Positions 11,339-24,692 of a DNA stretch of 64,000 bases are shown one piece after another. Below the pieces are notes generated by a model, which was not told the DNA's origin, ran no database searches, and was given only the letters and a program-made list of their open reading frames with translations. The translations under genes were made by a program, and so were the position numbers. The DNA lies in the NCBI GenBank assembly GCA_964270895.1, contig OZ185435.1. One strand, 5' to 3'. Origin of the DNA: Podarcis filfolensis. Its lineage: Eukaryota. Position 1 is the first letter of the stretch; each line of letters opens with the position of its first letter.

Positions 11339-13675
11339 TAATATGATGTCACATCAAGCAATTGTTGTCCCACGATTTTCCAGTGCATTTTCCTGTCACT
11401 TTCCTTACCTCAAAAAATCCATTTTGGGGTGGGGGGAGGAAGCAAGTTTGGTGCACAAGATCACCAAATCCCTGTTCAGCTGTGGAACCTGAATTTGCTA
11501 GTATGCAGTTGAATCCCATATGCTAAATAGCAACTGTCTGGAAGTGCCCCCAGTAGAAAAAAAAATGAAAGCTTTCTGGGTTCTACTGTTTCTTGCATGT
11601 TGCAATTTAGCAAAGGAAAATTCATGGGCTGCAATATGAATGCATGCTGTGCACAGAATCATAACAGCTATTTTTGACTGAGGGACAATAGAAATGAGGC
11701 TGGATGTATCATGCTTCCAGGTGAGCACTGAAAGTTTCATCTCACCTTGTTAATGCCTGTGGGATGGGTACTATGCTGCTCCCACAGCAGGGATTATCCT
11801 CTGGTACAGAGGCACGATGCACTGGAAACCTCTGCTTTTTAAAATCTATAAAGAACCTCCCCTCCCCCCCCCGCTCTGTTCTCATACATTGCGGGACTCC
11901 AGCAAATATCTGTAGACCATCTTACTAGGAAATGGGCACTTTAAACTCTAAAGATAGTTCCTCACATATGGATATTGAGGACAAGCTATCCCCTCCATCT
12001 TTCTTCTAAAGGAAGAAGTGTAGCGACCCTCAGAAAGCAAATGGCCCCAACTGCAAGTCCTCCTGAATGGCTTGGGTCCAGGATATTTGAAGTATGCCTC
12101 CACCTGTACCAACCTGCTCATTCTGTAACATAAGGTGGAGAGCTCCTTCTCTGCATCCCGTACAGAAAGAGAGTCATGGTTGATGGTGACAGATGATATG
12201 GTCTTCTCTGCCTAATCACTGTGAGACAGGTGGGAGCAGGAGGCCTGCTCTGTGAAAGTTCCCAGTGCAGCTGGCAGTTCCAGTACATTGTCATCATTGG
12301 TGAAGGCTATCCTAGCTTCATGCTGCAGGATAGAGAGGCACAAGTTGGACGACTTGAGAGTACTGTGCTAGGAACAGCCAACATTCTGACATGTTGGACA
12401 GCACTAGGCAAAGCTTTTTGATATTTTAATTTCAGGAAAGTATTTTTAAAAAGCATAAGAGAAAATCGTGGATTTTGAACACAGCTCATGAACCTTAGCA
12501 GCGATGATGAATAATAGCTAGCTCCAAATTAGCTTTGAGCTCATGATGGGGCAAGGCTGAGTGAGGCTGGGTCGTATTCATGTTCAGGCTAGAAGGCGTT
12601 AAAATCGCAGAGCTCGCTGCCAGTTTGGAACTTAATTGGGGATCCCAAGAGATCAGCTGGCATCATAAAACATTTGCATCAAGAGTTTTCTCAGAACATT
12701 TCACTCTATTAACAAATAATAACACTGGTTTTTCTCAGTGCACCATGCTAATGTGCGACTTGAGCAATACGCCTTAGCTCCACAACAAAAGGCAGAAGCC
12801 TTTATTTCAGGCAGTACAGTTCCAGATTGTCACCTTTGGGTTGAAAATTTTGACCTAGCAATCAGTGAGTGTCGGATACCACAGTTTTACATTTGATTAG
12901 AACTTGTGGGATTGCAGTTGATTAACAGCAGAGTGGACTTGACTTGCTCAGGGAGATGGTCCATCTCCAGCAAATGCCTTAATCGCCTACAATAAGCCCT
13001 CGGGGGAAATGGCCACGGCAAGAAGCCAGATGAATCTGGCAGGAGAGACATCCTTGCACTCAGTCACTTAATTAAGTAAACTGAAATTTTAAAATTGGCT
13101 GTTCCCAAAAGCACACATTCTCCGGTCATTATTGGCATTTTGGATTGCCTCAATGCCTTACATCAGGTGTGGGCAGAGGGAAGATCAGCACCTACATGGT
13201 AGGTTTCTGGGTGAATCGCAGTAGATTGGCAACACTTTCTCACTCCCAGTTGTCTAGCAATAGCAGCAACTGCTAGGCTGCTAGAATTAAGCCAGCCTGA
13301 AGGAAATTGAGGAGTGGATCTTTGTTTGAAAGGACTGGAAGCACCGTTATGGAATTGGAAACAAATTCTTGGACTTAGTATGCACCCAGAGGCACCATGT
13401 TCTTTAATTGTAAGGGTGTGTCCATATTCCTCCTGAGTCTCTTCTTTTCCCTTGATTCTGGATGTTATACCTCAGGGCAGAAGCAGCTTGCTAGGTGAAC
13501 AGGACTGTTACACTACTTCCTGGGAGGTAGGTCAATGTTGCATACTGGGAGGGAGAGGGCCAAGATGGTGGGGAGGTCGGCATGGTGCAAAAGCACACTG
13601 GCAAGGAGTGCTGGCCTGGCTCTACTGGTGCATGTCCAATGTGCCAACCTCCTTTCCAACTTTCCCCTCTCCTGG

Positions 13676-14092
13676 TGTCAGCGACTGGGCAGAGGAGGAA
13701 TGGTGGAGACTGCCTCCCCATCTTGACCCTTCCAGGGAGGAGGAAGAGGAAGACAGTATAGATTTACAACAGTGGTTTGCGGAGGGTCACAGCTCAGAGG
13801 CAGATGAGGGGGAAAGTTGGGAAGGCAGAACTAGAGCAGCAGCTGGCTAGCATGGTGTCATTAGAAAGCACCCCAGACCCTCAATTTCCCAGAACCTGGC
13901 AAGCCTTAAAAGTAGGAGAGCAAAGAGCTTAAAGACAGAGGGCACGTAGCAGCCCCTGAATGAGGAAGTGGGAAAGATGGGGGTGGAGATTCACTTGGGA
14001 CAATGCCATTATCCAAGAGGACGGTAAGAAGCTTTCCCTTGTCTTTATACTTCCTGGGCAACCAGCCGGTAGCCACTGACAGCATCCTGACA
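13676..14092 (+). mobile_element. Solo LTR (417 bp) carrying a decayed U3 reading frame
   Basis: TGTCA...TGACA termini; perfect 5-bp TSD CCTGG (13671-75, 14093-97). Confidence 0.9.
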
Positions 14093-15359
14093 CCTGGTAA
14101 GCAATCAAGTGACTCACCTGCTGAGATGCTAGTATACCACTTAAGCCTTAGAGCTCTAATTAAAAAACAAAGTAGCCTAAAGTCTGCTCACTACTGGCTT
14201 ACAGGACAATATAAAAAGAAAACAGGTATCTAAATAATTCTAGGTCAGACAATAATTAATAAATCTCAAAGATTACATGCATCTGCCCAGATTCCTCTTG
14301 ATGTTTGCAAGGTATAGATGATACTTGAAATGTGATAGATAGAGTGCTATGTATTGGGGAAATTTGGGCATCGTTCTAGGTACACTAGATGCTTAAAGAG
14401 GTAAATGTTTTATTTCCACACTTACTATTTACCAAGAATGTTTAGGCTGCATCCTCAATCCAATCAAATAAAAACGATATAGAAGAAAAAGACATGAAAT
14501 TGCACCATACAAAGAAAAGATTAAAAACCAAAAAGGTATTGTGCAAAAATTGGAAGTGTAATCAGAATGAGAAAAATAGTGCATTTGGCTTAGCAAGTTA
14601 CATTTAAGGTCTAAGAGGATTTTCCTGAAAACAAATAAACTGGATATTTAACTATATGAAATATTAGAAGTAGAAAGTCTGCGTGGCAGTCAGTTATATC
14701 TCTAGATAATGAAGGTCTGAAATATGTACCCATGAGAGAGAGAAAGATATTGCACATTCTTTGCATCTGACACCATAAAAGGAAATTTGGGGAAAATGAA
14801 CACACCTGGACAGTTCTCTCTTCAGGACATGCATCTGAAAAATAAAACCAAATTGAGAGACCAAAGTTGAGAGCAGAGAGCAGAGTTATTCCAATAATTG
14901 CAGTTAATCATACACCCACCCATCAGCCATTTGTGGGTTGGGGAAGATGAAAAGAAAGCTCCATCCCAAAAAGCAGGTAGAGATCCTGAGTTGTATTCAA
15001 CTAAGTTTTACTCAGAGTAGATCTGCTGAAATTAATGGACCCAAATTTGCCATGCTTATTAATTTCAGTGGGCCATAACTTCTGGAATGCCCACGGGGCA
15101 TGATGTAGTCCTTATGGAGTACCCGAACACACTGCAATGATTTTTTTAAAAAAATCATTAAATAATTGAAAGTGCCTTGGGAAATTGTCATGTTCAGCTT
15201 TAGGGGGAACTGTTGACCCAGAAGGTAGACTGGAAGCAACCAGCCACATCTTCAACTTGAGAAGCTTGGCTGCTTGACAGCCACTTGAAGATGCTGTGTC
15301 CTTAGAGAGTCAAGCTCTCTTTGTCATCGCTACTGCCACCCAGTGGGTGCAATCATATG

Positions 15360-15515
15360 TGATTAAGTGATCTTGGTGGCTACTGGTGCATTTTCCCAAG
15401 TCTTTTTGGCTGTGGCTTCTCCTGGACCAGGATAGCCTTGCTATGGTGATCCACACTTTGGTAACCTCCCATATAGACTACCGTAGCACAATCTCCATGG
15501 AGTTACCCTTGGAAG
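15360..15515 (+). mobile_element. L2 RT-region remnant
   Basis: Decayed SLAMVIHTLVTSHIDY, matching the L2 ATVVHALVTSRLDY motif. Confidence 0.6.
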
Positions 15516-16369
15516 TGCAGGCATGAGAGACAAGATTTGTATATTGTATCAGGAACAATATCAGATGTCAGCAGGGTGCCCATAAAGAAGATCACATGTG
15601 TCGTTTAACATGGACACAGCCAGTGGAAGTGTCAGGAGAGGGGAAGGAGTTGTATTTTGTCAACAGCCACAGTAATGGTGGCAAACTTACGTAGCTTCTC
15701 CAGCAGAGGCAGAAGGGAAGATGACTATCATTTCCACAGCCAGTGCTCCTGAAAATACTAATTGTCCGCAGAGTGACTCAAATATACCAAAAACACAGTG
15801 TACTAATAACTAACTTGTGGAGTTTCAGTAAAGTAAATTAATAACAAAATGAAATTGCCACTGTTCCAAGAAATATGTTCTCATTTTGCAGTTATTTTAG
15901 CTGAGCAATCTTTGGCAAAGGATACAGAGTTTGATAAAGTGATCAACTCCAGGTTTTTTTTGGAAATGAAAGGTGGTTAAAAAAAATTATTAACATCATA
16001 AATGCAACACTTAATATGTGTGGGACTACCCTGGTGAATGTAAATTTGAATACTGAAGACATCTTTGGCATGTGATGTTGGTGCTTTTCTGTTAGTATAG
16101 TTTGCCATACCAAAATAAATATCCCAAGCTCTATAATTGGAAAGATGTATTATTTAAAATGGACATGTTTGAATATATGCCTCACTTCTATTTTAACGAG
16201 ATTTAGACTCCCTTTAGATTTTATATTATCCAGCAAGACTAATGGTGCCCTTTGGTTGTTCCTTTGCTGGTATAAAGTCTGGTTTAAAGACAATAGACAC
16301 CCAGGTTCAACTGGATCCTGTGGAGATAGGTCATCAGGCATGATCCCCCTTCTCCCTCCATGTGTTTAG

Positions 16370-16930
16370 CTTGTACCATTTCACCATAGACATGCTCCGC
16401 ATGAGGCTACCTTTGAAGGTGACTTGAAAACTACAATTAATCCAGAATGTGGCTCCTAGACTGGTGACTGGGAGCAGCCAGCGGGACCATATAACAGTGG
16501 TCCTAAAGGATCTTCACTGGCTCCCAGTATGTTTCCAAGCACAAGTCAAAGTATTGGTGTTGACCTTCAAAGCCCTAAATGGCCTCGGCCTGGTATACCT
16601 GAAGGAGCATCTCTGCCTACATTGTTCAGCACAGACACTGAGGTCCAGGTCTGAGGGCCTTCTGGAGGTTCTCTCCCTGCAAGAAGTGAAATTACAGTGA
16701 TTCGGGAAAATGCCATTTCAGTAGCCATACCCACACCTTGTGGAATGCCTTTCTGGCAGATGCCAAAGAGTTAAACAGCTATAATTTTTTTCATAAACAT
16801 CTGAAGGCAGCCCTGTTTCAGAAAGCTTTTCATGTTTGTTTTCCCCCTGTATTTTTCTTGGAAGCCACCCAGAGTGGCTGGGGCAACCGTCAGGTGGGTG
16901 GGGGTATCAGAAATATGTTATTGCTGTTGT
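16370..16930 (+). mobile_element. L2 LINE 3' fragment
   Basis: LKDLHWLPVCFQAQVKVLVLTFKALNGLG..YLKEHL followed by the L2 3' UTR. Confidence 0.9.
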
Positions 16931-19191
16931 TGTGGATGTGTTCATCATATACTGGGAATGAACTTCCTGCGGTCAGTTTATATCTGGACAGATATATATC
17001 ACTGTCCATTAATACTGCCATTATCTTGCCTTTCTCCATTTTCAAAGTCTTTCCTTCAATTAAAAAACCCTTTATGGGAGTTTGTTCATATTCACCCTTG
17101 GCACCTCTTCTGGTTCCTGTTCTCTTCCAGAGCCCTGACAGTGTCACAATGAGAGGCTTCCCAAGATTCTGCCTGTCCTTTGCATGCTGTTTCAACACTG
17201 CCAGCATGAGTGGAATACGTATTACGGCAATTACACACACTCTTCTTCAGACCTGCCTCCACCTCCCCCACAATAATTTGGCTTCTTTCTTCAATATGAG
17301 GACTTGTTATTGTTTAGAGCTGTAGTTTGGCTTATCCATTTCAGTCTGCAGTAATTTATTTATGAAAGTATTGCTTCATTGGCTCTGACATAACTTTTAT
17401 AATAGATTCCCACCCCCCTGTGATGCTTCTCTGGCATTGTTCATGTTTTGAGATCATATTTTTATTTTTATGTTATGTTATTTTGATTTATTTTACAGGT
17501 AGATATACAGTTATAGATAATTGATTATAGATAATTGATTACTAGCAGTTTGCTGTTGAGGAAAAGGGTATATTAAGAATTATCCTTTTGAGCCATGACT
17601 TTGACCGATACTTTCAAATAAGCATTTTTATTTTCATTATCATACTTTAGACACCAGTATAAATGCAGTTTAAGTAGATCAGAGCTGTGCCTTTGTTGCA
17701 GAGCTAATAATTAGCATGTAGATTCTCCTAATGCTTTTGATAACAGGAGGAACCTTTAAAAAAAATAAAATAAAAAGAAAAGGTGTTTTCAAGGAAGGAC
17801 AAAATATAGATTAGTGTATTTAGGTCACAGCACTGACAACTCAAATTGTTACCCAACAATTGCTGTAAGTATATGGCAGGCCTAGATAGTGGTCTCCCCT
17901 ATTTGTTTGTTCATTAAACAGTAATAAATATTCTGTTCATGTCATGCTAAACAAATTTTAGGAGGAAATCTACATCCATATGCCAGTGCCTAGGCCATTT
18001 CTCAGTCCTGAACCAAGCTCATAGCATCTCCTACTGGGTTTTGAATTTCTTTCCAACTTACTCCAAATGACAGAACTCCAGTGCATTTTTCCTTTTGTTT
18101 CATGGAGGTTCACACAGGAGAGTATTTGACCTCCATATGGTATATTACAAATCCCACTTAACAATTTCATAAATGAAGTCTAGAAATCTGTGAAGCTGGC
18201 CAACTGAACTGAACTGAACTAAGCCACTTACTGACTCAGTTCATGTGTAACAACTAACCATGGTTTGATGTCCTGGCCTGTTAACTTACTGTGGTTCCTA
18301 CAAACCACAGTTTCCTGTATTCAGACAAAATAGGAAACTGCTGCTTAGAACAAACCAGGAATGGAAGATTTAATTCTTAAATGCAAAGGGAAGGGAGAGT
18401 ATGCAAGCTTTAGTGAAGTAATCACTAATGAGCTCAATGGGACTTACACCCAGAGAAGCATGTATAGGATTGCCTCCTTAACTGGAACTTAAATCTGTTG
18501 AAAACAAAATGCTGAAATGCCAAACAGCTATTGGATATGGAAGATCAAGATAAAGTGTATTTAGCTTTGTAGTTCAGGCTTCAAGTGATTATTGCCTTAT
18601 ACATACTATCTAGGGGCTCGTATACCCTGTCATATATGGATCTATGTTTAATATCAGACTGTCATTTTACAACATAAAGCTGACCTGTTGGTTAAGTGGC
18701 CTTAGATTGACATACTACGCAGCTGACTCCAAGATAGTGAAAACTTGACAAGAATCTAGGAGTACAGAATCTAGGAATTTGCCTGGAGCCTTGGGTCTGC
18801 ACAAACTGTTGCCTCGGGTAAACAGGTACTGTTAACTATTTATTGCTTTTAGGCAGTTTTGTTATGCGTTAAGCAAGAGGTTATGAAACTTGGAAAGCTG
18901 ACTCAAGTTACTTTGTAATAATCTTGCATCTATATTTGTAAGAAATGGATATTATTTCCTTAATCTTCCTGTTCATATTCTTCAAGATGAAACTCCCTGC
19001 ATAAAGTTCATCCAAATTTCCCCATAATCACTTAAATACAAGGTGTTAATGGGTGTGGTGCATTGCTTTGAAATCATTTGCTGATCTTTTTTTGGGGGAG
19101 GTGTTTTTTCCAGTCCCATTATTAGAACTTCAGAGCAGATTCACAGTGCTGCTGTGAATGCCAGTTAAAATATAACATCATGTATCCACAG

Positions 19192-19296
19192 TAGGAATGG
19201 AAGGGCCTGTCATTTTTGGTTTTCTCAGTTTCACATTTTAAATTAAATCTTAAATTCTGTTCTCCGCATTTGTTCAGGAATCTGCATTTGTTCTAC

Positions 19297-19339
<43 letters not shown>

Positions 19340-19720
19340 CATCTATCATCTATCTATCTATCTATCTATCTAAAAATCCTAATGAAAATTCATCTTCATT
19401 TTGGTGCAGATTTCTCCTAATAAACACATTTTGTATGCAGTTTTTACAAACGTAAACATTTTTTGCAAAGCAATTACCCCCAATATAATGCATTTTTGTG
19501 TGTTATTTTCTCAGATGTATTCAATTTTTATTCACACTTTGCCCTGATATATGTGTTTATGAAAACATTTTTGGTTGGTTGGAGGACAGCCTCACGAAAT
19601 TCAGAAAAGTGTGCATTTCAAACGATGGCTGTTCTTCAGTTCTGATACTGTTTGGGAAAGTGCAGATTTGCTAGATTCACCTTTAGACGCAAACTGAATT
19701 GAATTCCTCCCCCATCCGTA
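19192..19720 (-). mobile_element. hAT-type non-autonomous element (TAGG termini) containing an (ATCT)n microsatellite
   Basis: Termini TAGGAATGG / CCCATCCGTA; perfect 8-bp TSD ATCCACAG (19184-91, 19721-28); related copies at 47965 and 54739. Confidence 0.88.
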
Positions 19721-20388
19721 ATCCACAGGAGCTCTTTGCAGTCATCCCTGATCACTGTGGATGCCAACTGGATCAATAGTCTTCCACTTAGAGAAATAAC
19801 CTCTGTGGCTTCTTCAAGGGTGATCCCATGCCTTGCATCCTGAAGTCTGTCGGATCCTGCAGCTTGGAGCAATGGCACATTCATGTCATATGCACCCAAA
19901 GGAATATTTCCAAACAACTTCTGTTATTGGAGTGGAGTAGTTGGAAATCACACCTGATACAGTGATATCAATAAAAATGGATTGACTCCTTCTTACTGTT
20001 TCAGCAGCTTGTTTTCTCGGACTCGTTCTTTTTGGATGTAATCTCCTTGGGACTTTCTTGAGATTAGAAGAATCATAATATTTATATAATTATTTATTTT
20101 TAAATATTACTATAGAATTTTACAGGTGGGATCTATAACAAAAAATAAAAACAAATGTGGTATGGAGAGCTCATGTTTAGGTTTCTAGTCAGCCAGCCAG
20201 CCAGCCAGCCAGCCATGTCTTCTTCAGTTACACTTCATTCTGGTCCCCATTCCTCCATGGTTTTCCATTTCGCCATCAGCACTCTCTGACCAATGAGCTT
20301 GGTTAGTTGACCTTGAGTTTTGAGTTTCTCCCTGCCTTTGAGGTTCCCTGCCCCCACTATCAAACATTATTTGTGCTTGTCCTGAACA

Positions 20389-20890
20389 TGTCAGGACAGC
20401 TGCCCCATAGTTTAATTCTTTATTGACAAAGTATGAACTTACAGTAGCTCCTGAGGTGCACTAAATCTGTGTGTGTGTGTGTGTGTGCGCGCACACACAC
20501 ACACGTGCGCACGCAAACACACACACACCTGGTGGCTAGGCAACTGATGCCCCTCCCCTGGCTTGTGCTCTGACCTGAATGGTTGGAGCAATGGGTGGCC
20601 ATGCCTACACCCTCATCTGACGGTGTGAATGCAAGCATCCTGCAACTTCTACATGCAAGTTGTCACTGTGCCTGCCTTTTCAAGCCCCTCCTGTTTCTAG
20701 GGGACAGTGGGGGAGAGGACAGAAGGGATCCTGCTGCCCCCTCCCTTCAGGCACCATCTCTCAGCTCCTGGTGCTGAGTCCTTCCTGCAGCTCCAGCTCC
20801 TCTCCCACAGCCTGCACCTCCTCCCTTGTCTCCGACTGCTCAGACCCCTCCCCACCCTCCAGCTCTGGCTCCTGTCTCTTGGGAGGCACA
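20389..20890 (-). mobile_element. Solo LTR (about 500 bp) carrying a decayed U3 reading frame
   Basis: Minus-strand end GTCCTGACA with AATAAA at 20419-24; candidate TSD GAACA/GAACC; the right boundary is less certain. Confidence 0.7.
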
Positions 20891-21151
20891 GAACCCCTGC
20901 CATCTTCCATGTCTTCTGAGTAATTTTCCGTCTTCTTCTGCATGGTTACATAGACAATATTCAGAAATGGTGGCTGTGCTGCACTAGGTCTCTTCTTTCC
21001 TGAAGTTTATCTATTTGGCACCTTTCTGTCTCTCAGGGACATGTGCCAGGCATTGCTTGCTATGGAAGCAAGTGCACATGTGCAGAAACAAAATTTCATT
21101 CTCAGTTGCTGTCAAAATTCCGCCCTCAGTTTCCATTCCATTCCATTCATT

Positions 21152-21441
21152 GAGAGCCAGTGTGGTGTAGTGGTTAAGAATGGTAGATTCGTAATCTGGG
21201 GAACCGGGTTCGTGTCTCCGCTCCTCCACATGCAGCTGCTGGGTGACCTTGGGCTAGTCACACTTCTCTGAAGTCTCTCAACCCCACTCACCTCACAGAG
21301 TATTTGTTGTGGGGCAGGAAGGGAAAGGAGAATGTTAGCCGCTTTGAGACTCCTTCGGGTAGTGATAAAGCGGGATATCAAATCCAAACTCCTCTTCCTC
21401 CTCCTCTTCTTCTTCTTCTTCTTCTTCTTCTTCTTCTCTTC
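21152..21441 (+). mobile_element. tRNA/CORE SINE with (CTT)n tail (Squam3-like)
   Basis: A/B boxes (GTGGTGTAGTGG; GGTTCGTGTC), CORE-like GGGTGACCTTGGGCTAGTCAC, (CTT)n tail; family name from recall. Confidence 0.8.
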
Positions 21442-22067
21442 TGAGATTTCCAAGTAATTCCCTGTGTTCTTCTGCATGGTTACGTAAGTAATATTTGGAA
21501 ATGCCCAGTGGACCTCTTCCTTCCTAGACGATATATATTTGACCCCCTTCAGTCTCTCAGGAATATGTGCCATGTAGTCTTGTGGAAGCAAGTACACTTA
21601 TACGGAAAACAAAATTTCACTCTCAATCGTCTGTTGGGAATTTCTGCAATCTTCCCAGGAGCTGCTTTGTCCCGTAGCACAGCAATATAGTGAAAACACA
21701 ACAAAACACAATAGAAGGAAAGGGTTCTTTTGTTTTTGTTTTAACAGAGCTGGAGCACAAATCAGATCATAGGTTTTGAATAAACCAGCTGTCGTCAATT
21801 CACTCCAACATTCCAGCCACAGTGGAGAGTTTCAAAGAACTGTTTCAGGAGTGCTTGTGGGTAACAGGGTTTTGAGGGTGGAGTTAGGGGGTATATAACT
21901 GAGAATCTTTTCCGGTATATAACTGAGAATCTTTTCACAGTGCAGAGTCACAGAAAGAGTTACGCTCCCTTTTGAAAGAAGCGCTGTAAAGTACATTAAA
22001 CTGGCTCACAAAGGAAAGATGCCTAGAACAGGAAGAAACATGGAGGCTGAGGAGAAAGACACAGCCT

Positions 22068-22397
22068 TGTCACTGAGAATCAGGTGCCTTCTTTATAGGT
22101 GGGATCAGACACCCCCCCCCAATGGAGCATGTGTGTGCATTGGGCCAAAGAGTCGCAAGGAGTGAGCTTGTCCCACGTCATCTCTAGAAGCTTAGTGAGA
22201 GGAGCAGGTCAACTGGCGGGACATCTTTGTAGCTTCCATTCAGTTACGAACCTCTTACCTTACTCTTAAACCTGTGAATTGTGACTTCTGGACTTAGCTT
22301 GCTACTGAGTCTGTACCCCAATTAGTCTGAATAAAGATCTCTTCCTTCCTTACAAATAAAAGTCACTGTCATGTTTTTTTGGGAAGGGAGTGTGACA
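22068..22397 (+). mobile_element. Solo LTR (330 bp)
   Basis: TGTCAC...GTGACA termini; AATAAA at 22330 and 22355; flanks GCCT/TCCT are an imperfect TSD. Confidence 0.65.
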
Positions 22398-22469
22398 TCC
22401 TGAAGGGTTTGCACAAAGCGTACATTGAGGTTACATTTTACTGAGCAATCATTTGTTGATTTGTATACA

Positions 22470-22814
22470 GTCTAAACCACAGACCCCAGGGCTTGCCGAT
22501 CAGAAGGTCGGCGGTTTGAATCCCTGCGACGGGGTGAGCTCCCGTTGCTCGGTCCCTGCTCCTGCCAACCTAGCAGTTCAAAAGCATGTCAAAGTGCAAG
22601 TAGATAAATAGGTACTGCTCAGGCGGGAAGGTAAACGGCGTTTCCATGCACTGTTCTGGTTTTGCCAGAAGCAGCTTAGTCATGCTGGCCACATAACTTG
22701 TAAAAACTATCTGTGGACAAACGTCGGCTCCCTCGGCCAGTAAAGCAGATGAGCGCAGCAACCCCAGAGTTGGTCGCGACTGGACTTAACTGTCAGGGGT
22801 CCTTTACCTTTTTT
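22470..22814 (+). mobile_element. Sauria SINE (5'-clipped)
   Basis: Colinear with 10957-11338; GGGGTCCTTTACCTTT tail. Confidence 0.9.
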
Positions 22815-23946
22815 AAAAAAACAACAATGAGCTTTCATCCTGATTTGCTTGCTGGGTGTTTCTGCATCTTCCTGTTAATCATCTGTTAATCATACCACAC
22901 TTTTCAGTGTATTTTCCTGTCACCTTCCTAACAGCAAAAAAGTAAGGTTTTTAAATTTATTTTTTTAAAATAGGTTTTTGTGTGTGTGTGTGTGTGTGTG
23001 TGTCTGTGAGTGATAGGGCACTTTAATCCACTTTAATTGCACAAACCTAACTTTCCACGATGTGGTTGAATCCCTCCTGAAAAATATTGACAGTCTGGAG
23101 GTGACCCAAGCTACTTTCTCTCCAGCTCAGTGCCTCCATCTGTAAAATAGGGTTAATAGTACTGAACTACCTTTTAAGGGAATTAAACAAAAATCCAAAT
23201 GAATTAGTGCTGCATTTATTTCGCTAATCTTGACTTTTACACAAAGAATGTTTATAGTCAAAGCAAAAGAGCATTTCTGGAGTCTTGTTTCTTTAAGACA
23301 CAGTACACCGTCCTTTCAGAATGCAAATATTCGGTGGATTTAATAGTTTGCAGTTCGATTCCGCCGTTTGCTTTGTAACCTGCCACTCGCCGTGACAAAG
23401 ATAATCGCATTTGGCAGCCTTCTCTTGGTTGAGCCAGGCAAATTGAATTAATATACTGCAGAGATTAAATGTTTTAGCAATTGCTGTTGCTTGCAGAATT
23501 GGGAGAGGGAGAGCAAGCAGGTTTTGGAGCACAAGGAGCTTACTTCCTGTCCTGCCATATGGTGCTCTCCCTGAGAGAGAAGGTTTGATCTTTGGCTTCT
23601 CACCACATCAAATTGATTACTAAGAAGAAGTGGGGTGGGGTGGGGACTGCAAGCATGCTAAGTGCTGTTTCATTCCAGGCTCCTTTGCAACCGCTAGTCA
23701 TTGTCTTAGCAGGGCAGCCCATTAAACCTGTGTGCAGAACGGCTTCTGAAGGACTTGCCCTTTGCAGCCTCTTTCAGTGTCGCTCATGAAGTTGTGCGTT
23801 GCTTTGAATCAATGGGCCTGTAACTCATCTTGCATCTCTCTTACAAACTCATTGGTTAACAGAAGCAGAGCTCAGGTGTTTTCTGCCCACTGCTAAGAAC
23901 TGAAAAAGAAAGGGGCGGTTGTTTTGGAAACGACAGTCTGATTAGG

Positions 23947-24050
23947 TTATTCCAGAGGGGTAACCATGTTAGTCAGTTGCAGAAAAAACAACAGAGTATT
24001 GTGTGATGCCTTTATTCTGGCAGAGCTCATTTTGTCAGATGCATGAAATC
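23947..24050 (-). mobile_element. Penelope-like terminal-repeat remnant
   Basis: TTCCAGAGGGGTAACCATGTTAGTCAGTTGCAG...TCAGATGCATG resembles the reptile PLE terminus as I recall it. Confidence 0.5.
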
Positions 24051-24344
24051 ACCCTTTGGCAGAGGGTGGCCTTCAACTAAGTTTTTACTCAGAGTAGACC
24101 ACCGATTGAAATTATTGGCCGTGACTTAATAATGTGTATTGATTTCAGTAGGTCTACATACCCTCCAACATTTCTCCAATGAAAATAGGGGCATCATATT
24201 CAATGAAGATGATGATGATGATTTTATTATAGTTCTATGTGATAGTTTTTTATGTTAAACTTTTCAATCTCTTTTGTGATGAGATTGTGTACTGTATGCT
24301 TTTTATTTTTGGTTTATTGACTGTAATGAATTCATAGAATCAAT

Positions 24345-24649
24345 TGATCTTTGGACAGAGATAGTCTGGCCACAGTGGTGTTTGTTTTGGTCCTCCAGTT
24401 GGATTGCTGGAGTGGGTCATTCATGGCACTGCCTTTGGAGACAAACTGGAAGCTTCAGTTGGGGAAGAATGCAGAGGTCATAGTTATGACTGGAACTGCC
24501 AGGTTTATTGTACCTGGTATACCAATTTTATAATTGGTGTATCAGGAAGTTTTTTAATGTTTGACATTTTACTTTGTTTTTGTATGCACTGTAGGCTGCC
24601 CGTAGTGGCTGGGGAAACCTAGCTTGATGTGTGGGGTCTAAAAGGTTAC

Positions 24650-24690
<41 letters not shown>
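24345..24690 (+). mobile_element. Degraded L2 remnants ending in an (ATT)n tail
   Basis: DSLATVV...LPLETNWKLQL motif, L2 3' UTR, (ATT)n at about 24648-24690. Confidence 0.65.

Positions 24691-24692
<2 letters not shown>

Noticed and set aside
16738-17325. 195-aa ORF
   Set aside because: It begins in the L2 3' end and reads through the tail into unique sequence with no coherent composition or splice support.
19636-19925. Minus-strand ORF (FGNIPLGAYDMNVPLLQ...) with a plausible acceptor
   Set aside because: No convincing donor, no partner exons and no recognisable homology.
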